In this document: piece after piece, positions 1-15,776 of the stretch | Position numbering within the stretch: the stretch's first letter is position 1 | How the letters are laid out: the number at the start of each line of letters is the position of its first letter | NCBI RefSeq assembly: GCF_009914755.1 | Contig: NC_060930.1 | DNA: 64,000 nucleotides | Reading direction: 5' to 3' (one strand) | From: the human T2T-CHM13v2.0 reference genome, Homo sapiens | The notes under the pieces: model-generated | Database searches by the model: none | What the model was told of the DNA's origin: nothing | The model's input: the letters and a program-made list of their open reading frames with translations, nothing else | Position numbers and translations under genes: made by a program

Positions 1-304
1 ACTTTTATTCTCAATATTTAGCTATATCATTGTTAATATTTTTTGCATGTACTCCCAATCTTTTTGGGACTATGCATTGATATGTACCATGAGATAGATC
101 GATCAATCTAACTATCATCTCTCTCTCTCTCTCTCTCTCTACCTGTCATGTATTCTTTTTAAAAAGACTGGGATTATGCTATCTAAATTATGTTTTAAAT
201 CTTTCTTCAGCTTAACAATATTACATGTATAATTCATCATTAATTATTATTCATTAAGTCATTAAGCATTATTCAAAACCATCCCTATAAAATTATTCGA
301 CATA

Positions 305-714
305 CAGCAGTATCTGTTAGCTGACAGCCTCCAGCTGCCACACTTCAGGATCTGCCAGAGTGTTTGTGCTGAGGCTGCAATGTATTGGCACTGAACATGA
401 AGAGGGTTTTGGCACCAGGGCACTTCTGCCTGATGCGGGACTCCTCTATTGGGCACTTGCTGGATGTTTGGTTCTCCATTGGCCTGGCTGGAACTTCCCT
501 CAGAACTGCACTGCACTCTGAGGCTCCTCCTGTCCTATCTTTCTTCCTTTCTTCTCTCCTTTCTCAGGTGTCAAACCCACATTGCAGCTGGAAGACTCTC
601 CTTTCCTACTCCTAATTCCTCTCCCTTTTATCTTACAAATGTTTTCCCCAATAGATCTCTTGTACTTATAATTTCATTTTGGCAGCATCTCCCTGGAGGA
701 TCCAAATAGATACA
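305..714 (+). mobile_element. LTR16-family (ERVL) solo LTR, old
   Basis: Resembles recalled LTR16A consensus (ggactcctct...ggcctggctggaacttccctcagaactgcactgca; end ...ggaggatccaaatagataca). Confidence 0.65.
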
Positions 715-1031
715 CGTGTATAAGTCTCCCTCCCACTCCTGCTTCTTAGCCTCTCAATACCCTTCCTCAAAGGCAGTTCCCACTATTGCTTTATATATCC
801 TTCCAGAGTCTTCATTCATATGGAAGCATTTCATATATTTCTCCTTCTGTTTCCTTTCCTCTTAATATTTCTTCATCTTCTCTTCTTTCTTCTCTTTCTT
901 AACAAGAATGGTAGCATACAATGCAAATTGTCCTGCATGTTGCTTTTTTATTTAATATATCTTGGGGGCAGTCTTACTTTATCAGTAGTATATGTAGAAT
1001 TACCTTATTTCTATTTTTAATTTTGTCTTTA

Positions 1032-1386
1032 CTGTAGTCTCCCCCACCCACCTTATCCATAAGGAAGATGTTCCAAGACCCTCAGTAGGTGCTTGAAACC
1101 ACAAATAGCACCAAATCCTATATATACACAATATTTTTCATATATAAATATATATACGATGAAGTTTGACTTATAAGTCAGGCACAGAAAGAGGCTAACA
1201 ACAATAACCAATAATAAAATAGAACAATTATAGCAACACATTGTAATACAAGTTGTATAAATGTGATCTCTCCCCCCGTCCCCACCCCTGCCCTTAAAAT
1301 ATCTTATTGTATGTAATATTTTCAGACTGTGGTTGACTGAGGGTAAATGAAACCACTAAAAGTGCAAATATGGATGGGGGGTACTG
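1032..1386 (+). mobile_element. MER44A-like Tigger (TcMar) MITE, nested in old L1M-type sequence
   Basis: Degenerate terminal inverted repeats (ctgtagtctccccc...ccttatcc / ggatgggggg-tactg), TA at 1030-31 and 1387-88, internal match to recalled MER44A consensus. Confidence 0.8.
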
Positions 1387-4300
1387 TATAGTATTAAATT
1401 GTTTAGTGTATTATAATTAATCTAACCAATTCTCTATTATCAGTTTATTTCCAACATTTTCTACTCAAAGCAGGGCTGATCCATAACTAAATATTTTTAC
1501 ACCCATGTGAGAGTATATCTTTACGAACAAACCGCAGATGTAGCATTGTTGGATCAATTGGTATGAGTGTTGTGATTTTAATACATATTGTTAAATTTCC
1601 CTCCTTAGAGAATGCACCAATTTCTACTTCAAGGCATGTATGGCAGCAATAGCATCAAGTATAATGGCAACACCATTTCCCAACATAAAAATATAGAATA
1701 GACATAATATCACTAAGATCTTCTCTAGTGGCTTGGACTTCAATAAAGTGCCTGATCTTTGTTTATTTTCATGGTTACTTTCCCTGGAGACTTTTCACTG
1801 AGGTTTTGCGAACAGTCCAGGAAGTTAATATTACTACTGGAAGTTTGAGAACCTTGTTGAACATTCTGTATCATCAACAGGAAATAACAAGCAGTTATGT
1901 TGATAGGGGCCACTTGTAGCTACTAAGGTATTAGAATAAATTAGTAAGACACCAGAAGTAGAAGTTTATACTTTTAGGAAAAATGATTTACACATTAAGA
2001 AGAATACAGAACAGAAGTAAGCAGGCTGTTTTGTTCTCTTTTTGTCTCTTCTGTGGTTCTTCAATGTCCTCTGCCCGTTTACCTCACAGGGTTCCTGTGA
2101 GGGCAGAATAAGAAAGCAAATGGAATATATTATTGAGATGATCATTTGTTATTAATAAGGGTAAGATTTTATTCTAGAGGGTCAAATATTAGTGACATTC
2201 ATTCAGTCAACATTAATATTTAGAGTACCAGCACACTGATTCTTCTGGTGAAATTCCTCCAGTATAGATATGATTTGGGTTAAAAAGTGAAGAGGGTTGT
2301 TCCTAGGAGAAGCCATTTTATTTTGCTATATGTTATTGTAAAATGGTGATATTAATAGTAACTACATCACAGAGTTATTGTAAATGTTAAATTAGTAATG
2401 TATAGAATCTCTGGCACATAATAAGTACTCAATAAATATCAGCCATCATCATCATTATTGTTATACCCAATTACCTCTAATTTCTTTAACTTATTTATTC
2501 TTTGAGTTTGAGGTTATGGAATCATTTATTAAAAATTAATTCAAATAAACAGAGAAATAGCCCTAAAAAGATATAAAAATGGTAAAAAGAAAGGGCTGAA
2601 AAATGAACCAAAATTAGTGAGTCAAAAAAACAAACAAAATGAAGAAACCAGTAACCAGGTATATTATTCTCAAAGCAAATAACCATATTAACAAAATTAC
2701 TTTTGGTCAAAGTGTATGCTACTGAATTCTTAAATCTGGTGCATGTCACTGTCATCTCACCTCCATTGAGCAAGTGTTAGGCAAAATTCTGAACCATGTA
2801 AAATACATCTTGTGATCCATCCTTCTCTCTTTTTCTGCATCCCCTCCCCAATCTTTTCACCCAACTCTATTGTAGGGCTGCTCAGCTTGCCTTTCCAGCT
2901 GCCCATAGCTGTGAATCCTCCCCAAACCAGGACAATGTTTTACCCCAAGAAATGCAATTGTTCTAAAATTTTTTCTCCCTTCTTGTTTTATTGGAGAAAA
3001 GTAATCAGATAAATTAGTTCATATTAGACTTTCCTTTTGTATCTTTTGTAGACGGTCTGGCTAGACTGAATTTCTATCATAAAGATTAAAAACACAAAAC
3101 CCAAAGGCTTTGAAGTACAATTCACCTGTATGGCACCTGCTCCTCTCTCTATCTATAGTCCTGTCAATTCCAACTCCTTAATATCCTTTGAATTCATTCT
3201 ACTTTCTACAGTTCTACTGCCATAACCTGCAAGTCCTCATAAGCTCTTAACTGGGTCACTGCCCCACTCAGCCTCCTAAAATAAAAAGTTTGACCATGTC
3301 AACTCACTCTTAAAATCCTCTGATAGCTCCGTTTAATGTGACCTCTTACCTCTGTAGCTTCACCCATCCTCATTTCTCACTCGTGGACTACGTTACGACA
3401 TGAAAACTTCTGTAGGTTACTGATTTTTCTCTTTATCTCTGTTTTGCAAATGCTTAACTGGATGAATACCAGCTCTTATTTTGAATTCATCTCTCTGTTT
3501 GAGGACTAATTCATAATTCCTTTTTTTATGATGGCTGCTGCAAGGCTTGAAACCAAATTTTTGGTTCTCATCTTACAAACACATAGACATTTACTAGCAT
3601 GCATTGAATTTCACTCTTAGGTCAACTGGTTTTCCCCACTATTTTTCCTTTGTCCCTCCTTCTCCACTTTAAACAAAAACCTTATTTTGCATTTCTGTTA
3701 CCTTTTGATATTATAGGCATTTTTGAAAGTTTCCGTACACTTTTCTGGAACAATACGGGTAGTACTAATCAACTACCTAACTATAAGAAAGTAAGTAAAT
3801 AAATAAATAATCTACTACTTATCTTTTCAAATCCAGCCTAAATATGTCCTCCTTTGCTCTCTTGTATCATGCTTCCTTCTTCCAGGTTTGGCTAACTCTC
3901 TGGCCTCTATGATCCTATCTCGCCTCAAGATAATGGCTATTGTAACTTCAATCACACTGCATTGCAAATATTTGTCTATTTTTCCACTAAACTGTACTTT
4001 TTTTTTTTCACTGGGGATGCCGGTCTTTATCACTGCATTTCCAGCTTCTAAGACAGTGTTTGCACATGTTGAAAACTTGATAAATTGTTAATTGAATAAA
4101 TAGATAAATAATTGCACAAACTAAAGAATACAGAGCTTCTTATGAGAAAAGCTCTACTATTAAGCTTGTATGAGAATATGGTTATCTTTCTGAATATTAA
4201 TATGCTGTTTCCTTGACCACACTCTTAGAAAATATGAGGAGACAATTTTTCTTTGCCTATTACTACAGCTGATATTTTCAAGCCACTGTTTCTAGGTTGA

Positions 4301-5739
4301 TAGCAGAGTGTTTGGTAAAAAGAGTGGCGAGAACACAAAAGGTGTTTGTTTAAGCTGTTGGTGTCAAAGTCTCCCCTGAGCAATGAAACAGCTTAGTTTC
4401 CAGGAAAAACTTGATGATCCCTTGGAGCAGGCACTGAAGAGTGGAGAAAGCATGTGAAAAAAGAAGTGGGCTGGTCCAAGAAAACTTAGAACCCTACTCC
4501 ACCCAACTATGAAGTCCTCAGATGTTAGGTGTCAGTAATTAAGAGGTTTACAATCTCTGAGCTGGTCTTATTGAAGCTCTCAGGATGGGCATGTAAACAG
4601 GATATGCTGCTCTGTCCACTGGCAGCAGCAGTGACTTCGTCATTTAGCGATCATTTTCCAATGATTTCTTAGTTGAGCTCTTGCTATGAGCTCCAACAAG
4701 CCTCATGTAGGTTTGCTGGGTTTCTTCTCTGCAAAGCTTAGCAATAGGCCACCCATAATGTCTCCCGATGATGCGAAAGAGAAGCTGAAAGAGCACTGGA
4801 AAAAGATGAACATACTTGAAGAAATAGTGCTCATTGAAAGAATAAAATGTCATTTTTATGTACAGTTCATCTATGCTGATCAAGAAAAAATGATGCTATG
4901 AATATTTCTCTTAACTAAAAAATCCAAAGCAAGAACTGCTCAGAATTTAGTGTACAGTTGAGGTCACATGTAATACATTCCCAAGTTTTCTTCATGTGCT
5001 TTGGAAACTGATGTACATAGTATAAGTTATGCATGTCATCTTTTTTTTTAATGTCCAGCCATAGATTTATCACCAACAATGGGATTAATGGCAGATTTGG
5101 TTTTTAGGTCATTTAGATTAGTTATCCTAGGTAAATTTAATATTCACTTTGATATCCATCTTAGGTCCCCTGACATAAAAATTTATGTCTGTGCTAGAGG
5201 CCTTTTTCCCCCTCTCTTTTCCCCAATATAGTATTTCCTTAGACCTTCTGTTTTCTCCAGGTTCATTTCTGGAATATATTTTACAAGGCCTAAAAAAAAA
5301 GTTCCAGTTTTGATGTGTTTTTATTTCCATTCTTTAAGATACACTTGTCACTGAATAGCAACAGACTGACCACAACACCTTTCCACTGGTAGCTTTGAGG
5401 ACACAGAGTTTCTTAAGGTTGAATGGGCTTATCCATCCTACCACTACCCATGGCCTTGAAAGCTACAGATGTAAGGGATACTCCTTGACTGTGATGAGTG
5501 AAAGGGACTTGGTCTTACATAAAACTAAAGTAAGTGTCTTGTGGCATGCTAGCACTTTGAAATGCTTGATAGAAAAAAGGCTTTACATCAAGTTTCATAT
5601 ATTATATCTCCCTCTTGTTGCTCTATAACACATATTAGCATATTACAAGCTTTAAAAGGCCCTATATTGCCAGATTAATTTTGTTTAACTTATTGTTTCT
5701 GATAAATACTTGATAATGGTACTTTTAAAAATGACATTG

Positions 5740-6041
<302 letters not shown>

Positions 6042-6501
6042 GGTATTGTTAATAGTATTAGCACCACTTTAACATGTTGGTTAATAGCATGCTGGTCACT
6101 TTTATGGCTGTGAAAATGTTTCATAGGAAATGCTAACATCAAATGTGCATAGCCATGATTCTCTAAATGTACAGCTAGAAACTCCCCACTTTGGTTAATT
6201 CCTACAGTGCTTATTAAGTGCTATGTGAGATTTGACACATGAATATGTAAATAATAATGCAATTATAATTTTGTAGGGTGCTGTATTGTTTACAGTTCAG
6301 GGCTCATAAGAAGGAAGTGAGAAAGTGGTCACTGTATTGTAGGAAGTGTTCCTGGAGAAAGAGAGGAGGCATGGCATGGTGGAAGGAGCTCTAGACTGAA
6401 TCAAAAGATGAAGGTCAGGTATAAGCCTCACCACTAGATGTGCTTTCTGATGGTAGTCAATTCAACCATGGTTCAGTTGAGTCATCTGCAAATTGGGCTT
6501 A

Positions 6502-7082
6502 TGTGGTAGGTAGAATTCCAAAGATGGTCCCCTCCTAACTTTCCTAGCCCTTACTTATTCAGTCAAACACTAATATAGGTACTTCTGTGAAAGGATTTTG
6601 CAGATGGAATTAAAAGTCCCAACTCAGTTGATCTCAAAATATCTGGGCAATCCTAATCTAATTACCAGTCCATTAAAAAAAGAAAGTTTTCTTCAGCTGG
6701 TCTCAGAATAAGTCAGAGAAGTTCCTGCTGACCTATAGTAAGAAAACACCTATGTTGTGGTCTTCGTATGGGGGCAAGGAGCCTCTAAAAGCTGAGACCA
6801 ACCCTGACCAATGGGAGAGAGAAAATAAAGATCTCAGTCCCGCACTTGCAAAGAAGAGAATTTTGCCAACAACCAGTGAGCTTAGAACAGCTCACCTAGA
6901 ACCCCAGGTGAGAAAGTACAGTTGGCTTGATTTCAGCCTGAGACCTGAGCTGAAGACCCAGTCAATTCCGACCTGAAGTCCTTTCCCAAGGCAATTATGA
7001 GATAATAAATGTGTATTGTTCGAGTTGCCAAATCTGTGCCTTTTTTTTAAAAAAAAAAAGGCAGCAACGGAAAACAAAAACA
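6502..7082 (+). mobile_element. MLT1-family MaLR solo LTR inserted in a MIR
   Basis: Starts tgtggtaggtagaattc..., has AATAAA and a gcagcaacggaaaac..aca end; MIR-like sequence on both sides. Confidence 0.75.
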
Positions 7083-7169
7083 GGCTATTCACCACATTTT
7101 CTTGTCAGATGAAAAGTAACAGGACATAATGTGAGTGAAAGCACTTTATAAAATATAAAGACCAGTGCA

Positions 7170-7410
7170 CATGGTGAAAGTCTAAAGCAAATTCCTTAAC
7201 TTCCCACCCAAACCTACTTCTCCCGCTCTTCCCTGTTTCAGTAAATGGTACCATCATCCAGCTTCTACAAGCCTAAAACCCAGGAGTCATCATCTTTATC
7301 TTTTTTACTCTCACCCTGCATATCTTATTCTGCCAGCAAGCCCTGTCAGCTCCTAGAACACTGCCTGACACTTAGAAGGTTCTTCAAAACGTGTTGATTC
7401 AATGAATGAT
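7170..7410 (+). mobile_element. L2 3' fragment
   Basis: L2-like core (aaatggtaccatcatcc...aggagtcatc) ending tgattcaatgaatga. Confidence 0.6.
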
Positions 7411-7440
7411 AGCTAATTATCCACTGAATTAAGTCATTTA

Positions 7441-7755
<315 letters not shown>

Positions 7756-7799
7756 AGAAAATTGCATTCATGAGCTCTGCTCTTTGGGCTGTCTGTCAA

Positions 7800-8241
7800 T
7801 GTGATAGACTGGAATTTTTTCAGAAGTACTTACTCCCTTGTCCACTGCCTACCTCAGTGGAAGGGTCTGTTTCCCTCACTCATTCATGTTAGGCTTGGTG
7901 ATAAGACTGGCTTTGGCCAATGGGAGTAGGTGGAAGTGATAATCTGCCAGTTTGAACCAAGGTATTAGGAAGCATTGGTTTTTCCACTGGCCCCTTTTGG
8001 AGCTTCCAAACTCCTTCATTAATAAAACAGCCTCTAGGTATCTGCTGCCCCTCTACCTTGGACCACTGAGTGAGACACATGGAGCAGAGTTGCTCTAGCC
8101 ATCCTACATTTTAAAGGCTGTGACAGAGCAGTCCAAGACAACTGCAGGCCTGTGAGCAAGAGGTTAAATAATTGTGTAAGCCAGTGATTTTTTGGTTTGG
8201 TGTGTTATGCAGCATTTGAAAGGCAATAGTGGACTAGTACA
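7800..8241 (+). mobile_element. MLT1-family MaLR solo LTR
   Basis: tgtgatagac start, ctggctttggccaatgg motif, gttatgcagc...gcaatag..ctagtaca end. Confidence 0.65.
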
Positions 8242-9629
8242 CATTTCTAAAGCAGTAACACTCCTACACATCTAGGAAGTTATACACCTTGTTTAATGAG
8301 ATTATTTAAGAAACTGATTTCCATCAGTTAAATGTACTGAGCACTAACTCATTTTGTGACTTAAGAGATTTAAAATTATAAAACTGGATGGAATATTAGA
8401 GATCATTCAGTTTGCGGCTTTCATTTTGCAGATAAGGAAATTGATGTCCAGGTGTGCTCAAGCTTGTATAACTAATTCATTCTCGAGTGAGGACTGAAGT
8501 CCAGAGCTCCTGAAGCAATGCCTCCAAGGCCCTAATGGGAGAATGTGATGATAAGGAAACCAAATTGTGTGTGGAAATCAGTTCATTTTATAACTTTCTT
8601 TGAAAGATGCAGAGAGCAAGAAGCTCAATAAAAGCCAACAATGGCAGAACATATTTTTAAATATCCTTTGGGAGGAAACTGCCATGTAAACCTATTAACT
8701 GCCATCATTCAGAAGCATAATTTTAGCTAACACTGATATGCTGATTAGACAAACCTTAGGTTTTGATCTCAGCTGACCTACAGGACCTAAATTTTGATGT
8801 GATTAAAGGAATAGGTGACATTTAATTAGAAAATTTCTTCAAGTTAAACTTGGGTATAGCAGTTAACTCCAAATCACTTTCACTGATACCTGTTTTATAA
8901 ACACATAGGCATTTTCCTTTGAAAACAATCACATTAGACACTCTTTAGGCATTATTTAACTTAGTTAAGGATCCTTATATACTTCTGGGTTTCCTAATTT
9001 AGGAGAAGCCACTGTCCTCAGAAATCCCTTTACACTATAAATTTGGAGACACTTTAAAAATTTTATACCTTTATATCAAGATATATTAGGGTTGTAACCT
9101 ACAGAGGCATCTGTATCAGCAAGTGCCTCTCTGCCCATACCTCCTTCCCCCAGCTATTTTAGCCTGATGGCCATTTTGCCCAAATGTCATATTTAATTGT
9201 CTTAGAATTTCTGTAAGTTTTTTAACTGTAGCAATTCAAATCCAGTTACACAATATGTTGACAATATGTCTAATTTCTTTTCTAAAGAAGGCAAATTGAT
9301 TATATCCTACAGTTTTTTTGAAAGATGGTGAGTTATGGAAAAATAGTCATCTTAGTTTGTGGTACAAAGTAAGTAACCATTCAAAAAATTAGTATTTAGT
9401 GACTAAAAGAAAGACATTGGGAGCTAGGTGAATAACTATATATAAATGCACTTTTCTGGAGTTCTCTCAATATCTAAAATAAAAATTGAAATAAAGGTAA
9501 AAACATAACTGTGTGTATGCATTGTTTCTGAATTTTAAAAAATCTTTTAAAATTATCTTATATTTTCTGTTTTTTTTCTTACAAATGACTATTTTTATTG
9601 CAGTAATTTTGTTAAATTAGAAAATTCAT

Positions 9630-10290
9630 TGTGGAGAAAAGAAAATGCTTATACACACCTGGTAGGAATGTAAATTTGTTCAGCTACTGTGGAAAGCAAT
9701 TTGGAGATTTCTCAAATAACTTAAAACATAATTTAAACCATTTGACCCAGCATCCCGTTACTGGACATATAAGGGAATATAAATAATTTCAGCATACAGA
9801 CCCATGCACAAATATGTTCATCGCGCATTACTTTTCACAATAGCAAGGACAAGGAATCAACCTAGATGCCCATCAACAGTGGATTGGATAAAGAAAATGT
9901 GGTACGTATACACCATAGAATACTATGCAGCTATAAAAAAGAATTAAATCATGTCCTTTGCAGCAACATGAATGCAGCTGAAGGCCATTATACAAAGCAA
10001 ATTAGCACAGGAACAGAAAACCAAACACCAAGTGTTCTCACTTATAAGTGGGAGCTAAACACTGAGTACACTTGGACACAAAGAGGGGAAGAATGGACAC
10101 TAGGGCCTACATGAGGGTGAAGGATGGGAGGAGGGTGAGAATTAAACTACCTATTGGGTACTATGCTCACTACCTGGGTGACAAAATAGTTTGTACATCA
10201 AACCCCAGTGACACACAATTTACTCATGTAACAAGTCTGCACAGGTACTCCCTGAACCTAAGTTAAAAGCTGGAAGGAAAATAAAAAAGA
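9630..10290 (+). mobile_element. L1 3' end (older primate L1PA15-16/L1PB-like), 5' truncated
   Basis: ORF2 C-terminal and 3'UTR similarity, followed by A-rich tail. Confidence 0.85.
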
Positions 10291-10907
10291 ATAAACCTTG
10301 AATTTAAAAAAAAATCAGAAAAGCAGAAAACAAACAAAAACACCCAGTAATCTTATGACCAGTAGCAAATATTATTAACATTTTGGTATATATTTTCCCA
10401 GATTTTTCTGCATATCTATACAACTAAAATATAAACTGAAATTTTTAGGCAGTAATTTTTTGGAGGAAGACTGTAAAAATAACATCTTCATTAGTTTTTA
10501 ACTTATAAAATAACACATGGATGTTATAAAAACACAAATAATATATGTTTTAAATTACAAAAAATAGAAGTTTTTCTATCCTCTCCTATGTCCAATCCTA
10601 CCTCTCACAGGGAAACCACTATTTTGTGTGTCTGTTTTCAGTCTTTTGCTTCGTATGCATATTTTAAAAAATAAAAGTTAACTGTTTTTATTTCTCATAC
10701 ATTATAAATATTACCACATTACTTTAAAGAATCATCAATAAGTGATTTTCATTAGTTGCCAGGTTTTATGTTTCATATATTATTATAACTGATTTTTACT
10801 AAATTCCTACCATTGGAGATCTTTATTGAAGCATGTTTTTGTATGTCCATTGCTCCCTTATGATGAATCCTTAGAAGTGGACTTTCTACATTAATGCCTT
10901 TATGTGT

Positions 10908-10910
<3 letters not shown>

Positions 10911-10947
<37 letters not shown>
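10911..10947. repeat. (TG)n microsatellite
   Basis: Direct reading. Confidence 0.95.
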
Positions 10948-10950
<3 letters not shown>

Positions 10951-11336
10951 GTGTGCATATGTTTGGATAAACTTTGTTTCTGGAAACACAGTAAAATTTC
11001 ACTCTCAAGTAGAATTGTACCTTCCACTGTTCCTGTTTCTTTTCACTCTATAAGGGACATCATAATTTAAAATAATTTTGCTCAGTACTAGCTTATTTGA
11101 TTGTATTTTCATATCTTTACTTAGCAAGGTTGAATACTTTTCCTATATTTATTGAACTTATGCATTTCTTTAGAGAATTGCTAGTTCATGAGGTTGGCTT
11201 TAAAATTTGATACTATTGGTTTATAAAAAGCATTATTTACAGGTTAAATATATCTTTTTTTGCTAAAGTATATGTTGCAAAAAATTTCTCCTCAATTAAT
11301 ACACCTTTACATTATGTTATGAGTTATTACTTTTTA

Positions 11337-12407
11337 AAATTATACTTTAAGTTCTGGGATACATGTGCAGAACGTTCAGGTTCGTTATATAGGTATAGGT
11401 ATAGATGTGCCATGGTGGTTTGTTGCACCTATCAACCCGTCATCTACATTAGATATTTCTCCTAATGCTATCCCTCCCCTATCTCCGACCCCCGACAGGC
11501 CTCAGTGTGTGATCTCCCCCTCCCTGTGTCCATGTGTTCTCATTGTCCAACTCCCACTTATTAGTGAGAACATGCAGTGTTTCATTTTCTATTCCTGTGT
11601 TAGTTTGCTGAGAATGATAGTTTCCAGCTTCATCCATGTCATCCCTGCAAAGGACATGAACTCATCCTTTTTTATGGCTGCATAATATTCCATGGGGTAT
11701 ATGTGCCACATTTTCTTTATCCAGTCTATCATTGATGGGCATTTGGGTCAGTTCCAAGTCTTTGTTATTGTGAATAGAGATGCAATAAACATACATGTGC
11801 ATGTGTCTTTATAGTAGAATGATTTATAATCCTTTGGGTATATACCCAGTAATGGGATTGCTGGGTCAAATGGCATTTCTGGTTCTAAATACTTGAGGAA
11901 TCACCACACTGTCTTCCACAATGGTTGAACTAATTTACACTCCCACCAACAGTGTAAAAGTATTCCTGTTTCTCCACATCTTCTCCAGCATCTGTTGTTT
12001 CCTTGCTTTTTAATGATCACCATTCTAACTAGCTTGAGATGGTATCTCATTGTGGTTTTGATTTGCATTTCTCTAAAGACCAGTGATGATGAGCTTTTTT
12101 CCATATGTTTGTTGGCCATATAAATGTCTTCTTTTGAGAAGAGTCTGTTCATATCCTTTGCCCACATTTTGATAGGGTTGTTTTTTTTTCTTGTAAATTT
12201 GTTTAAGTTCCTTTTAGATTCTGCATATTAGCCCTTTGTCAGATGGATAGATTGCAAAAGTTTTCTCCCATTCTGTAGGTTGCCTGTTCACTCTGATGAT
12301 AGTTTCTTTTGCTATGCAGAAGCTGTTTAGTTTAATTAGATCCCATTTGTCAATTTTGGATTTTGTTTCCATTGCTTTTGGTGTTTTAGTCATGAAGCCT
12401 TTGCCCA

Positions 12408-12408
<1 letters not shown>
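11337..12408 (-). mobile_element. L1PA7-like element, 3' (sense) segment of a 5'-inverted insertion
   Basis: L1 3'UTR plus ORF2 C-terminus on the minus strand (ORFs 11901-12167 and 12214-12450 contain L1 ORF2 peptide). Confidence 0.93.
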
Positions 12409-13545
<1,137 letters not shown>

Positions 13546-14510
13546 ATCATTAATTTTTATGAGGTCAAATCTGTTAATCTTTTAGTTTATAGTGATTTCA
13601 CCTTTTGGCATTATGCTTAGAAAGGTATTCTCAATACAGAGATCAAAAAAAATTCTTCTATTTAAAAAAATTAATTTTTTATTTTAGAATAGTTTTACAG
13701 AAAAGTTGCAAAGATAGTACAGAGATTTCTCATATACTCTGCACTCAATTTCACTCATTATAAACACCTTACATTAGTACAGTGCATGTGTCACAATGGT
13801 ACAATGCATTGTCACAGCTAATACACCACTATTGATATATTATTATCAACTGAAGGCCATATTTTATTGAGATTTCCTTTGTTTTTACCTAATGTCCTTT
13901 TTCTGTTCTGAGATCTCATCCAGGATACCACCACATTGCATTCAATCATTATGCCTCTGCAGGCTCCTGTGGGTGTGACAGTTTTTCAGACCGTTCTTGT
14001 TCTTGATAACCTTTGCATTTTGAGGTGTACTGGCCAAATATTTGTAGAAAGTCTCTCAGGTAGGATTTGTCTAATATTGTTCTCATTATTGGATTGGGAT
14101 TATGGGTTTTTGGGAGACAGAACATAGAGGTAAAGTTCTACGTCATTATATCATATCAAAAATACACACCATCAATGATAAGCCACATTTATATTAACCT
14201 TGATCATCTGAGAAAGATAGTGCTCATCAGGTTTCCACTGTAAAGTTACTCATCCTCTCACCTACTTTCCCATATGCATGGCTCAAATTTAAATCATAGG
14301 GAGTTAATGCTTGAAACTCCTTGACAGTGGAGTATCTATACAAGTTGTTTGGAATTCATTACAGGAGATTTGTCTCTTCTCTCCTATTTACTTTTTCAAT
14401 GATTTATTTATATCTGTATAAACTCATGGAGATTTTTTTTAAGTTATAGTCCAATACAATGTTATAAATTTCATTGCTCAAATTGTTCCAGTTTTGGCCA
14501 TTGGGAGCTT

Positions 14511-14512
<2 letters not shown>

Positions 14513-14541
<29 letters not shown>

Positions 14542-14735
14542 GTGAGAAAGTGTCTCGCTCTGTCACCCAGGCTGGAGTGCAGTGTCATGATCTCCGCTCT
14601 GCAGCCTCCGCCTCCTGGGTTCAAGTGATTCTTGTGCCTCAGCCTCCTTAGTAGCTGGGACTACAGGCGCATGCCACCATTCCTGGATAATTGTTGTATT
14701 TTTAGTAGAGATGGGGTTTCGTCCTGTTGCCCAGG
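14513..14735 (-). mobile_element. 5'-truncated Alu
   Basis: Long T tract, right arm and part of left arm; TSD tgggagct at 14502-14509 and 14736-14743. Confidence 0.93.
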
Positions 14736-15655
14736 TGGGAGCTCTTTCAGTTGGCTTTTGTCAAAGGGTTGACATTCCCCAATCATTTGGTTTTGGGGCA
14801 CCTCCTTACTTCCTGACACTACAAGGAGCTCCAGGCTAATCTTATATATTCCTTTTCCAACTCTACAATCAGTAATTTCTCCAAGGAGCCTTAGTTCCTT
14901 TTATTGTAGGGTGTTATTAGAAATGAAAATTTGAGTCCTGGGTTTGCACATTGCTACTGGAGAATCCTTGTTTCTAGATCCTCTCAGCTGACAGAGCAAG
15001 AAAGTATATGTATAATCTGTGTATATATGCATATCAATGATTATATATGTTGATTTTAACACCAATGATTATATATATCCATTAACATCTTTATTAAGCT
15101 AAACTTGAGGTCCTACTCATGTCTCTCACTCTAATCTACAACCACATGCTTCATTTTAGCCTTAGCCTTTTCTTATCTGTAAATTTTCACTCCTCTAGTA
15201 ACAATCCTGGCTCCAGCAACTATCATCCTTTTACTTATTTTTCCAATCTCAGCCTACATATGTACTGGTTTCAGAGTTGGTCACCCAAGACCCCATAGAA
15301 AACAACTTTCCAGGTAGAGTTCAGTGCTATATACAGTTTTATTTGTTTTTAGTTTTATGGTTCCAGTCATTTCCAGAGTTACTTAGGTCAGTAAGTCTTT
15401 TTCCTTGCCCCTACATTGTTGTACTTTACACAAGTTATATCAAACATTTGTAACACAGCTAGATTGTTTTCTCACAGTTCCATCTTATTCTGGCATCCCC
15501 TCCCCTCCTGGTTGGTATTTTTAAGGTGCTATATGGATTTTGACAAATGCAGTGTCATGTATCCACCACTGTAGTACCATGTAAAATAATTTTATTTATT
15601 TTTATATTTTTTGCTTGTTAAAATTATTGTTGGTGTTTTCTCTTTATTATATCTT

Positions 15656-15776
15656 ACACACCCTTATGTCAAGGGCTGACTCAATAATCACGGCAAGAGA
15701 GCCACTCTGCTATGTACAAAACCCTGACCCAGAAGCAGGTTGTCCAAGAATGGTTTAGCACCAGGTTCCCCAGGAA
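15656..15776 (-). pseudogene. Retrocopy of the 3'-terminal ~120 nt of 28S rRNA (LSU-rRNA / SINE28-type)
   Basis: Reverse complement reads GGGGAACCTGGTGCTAAACCATTCTTGGACAACCTGCTTCTGGGTCAGGGTTTTGTACATAGCAGAG...AGTCAGCCCTTGACATAAGGGTGTGT, matching the mammalian 28S 3' end with CpG decay; A-rich tail and TSD aataattttat. Confidence 0.9.

Noticed and set aside
4644-4901. Overlapping ORFs of 71 aa (+) and 79 aa (-) with protein-like composition
   Set aside because: No recognisable homology and no convincing splice sites; the lengths are expected by chance.
15656-15776. Functional rRNA gene
   Set aside because: Only about 120 nt, CpG-decayed, with retrotransposition hallmarks.
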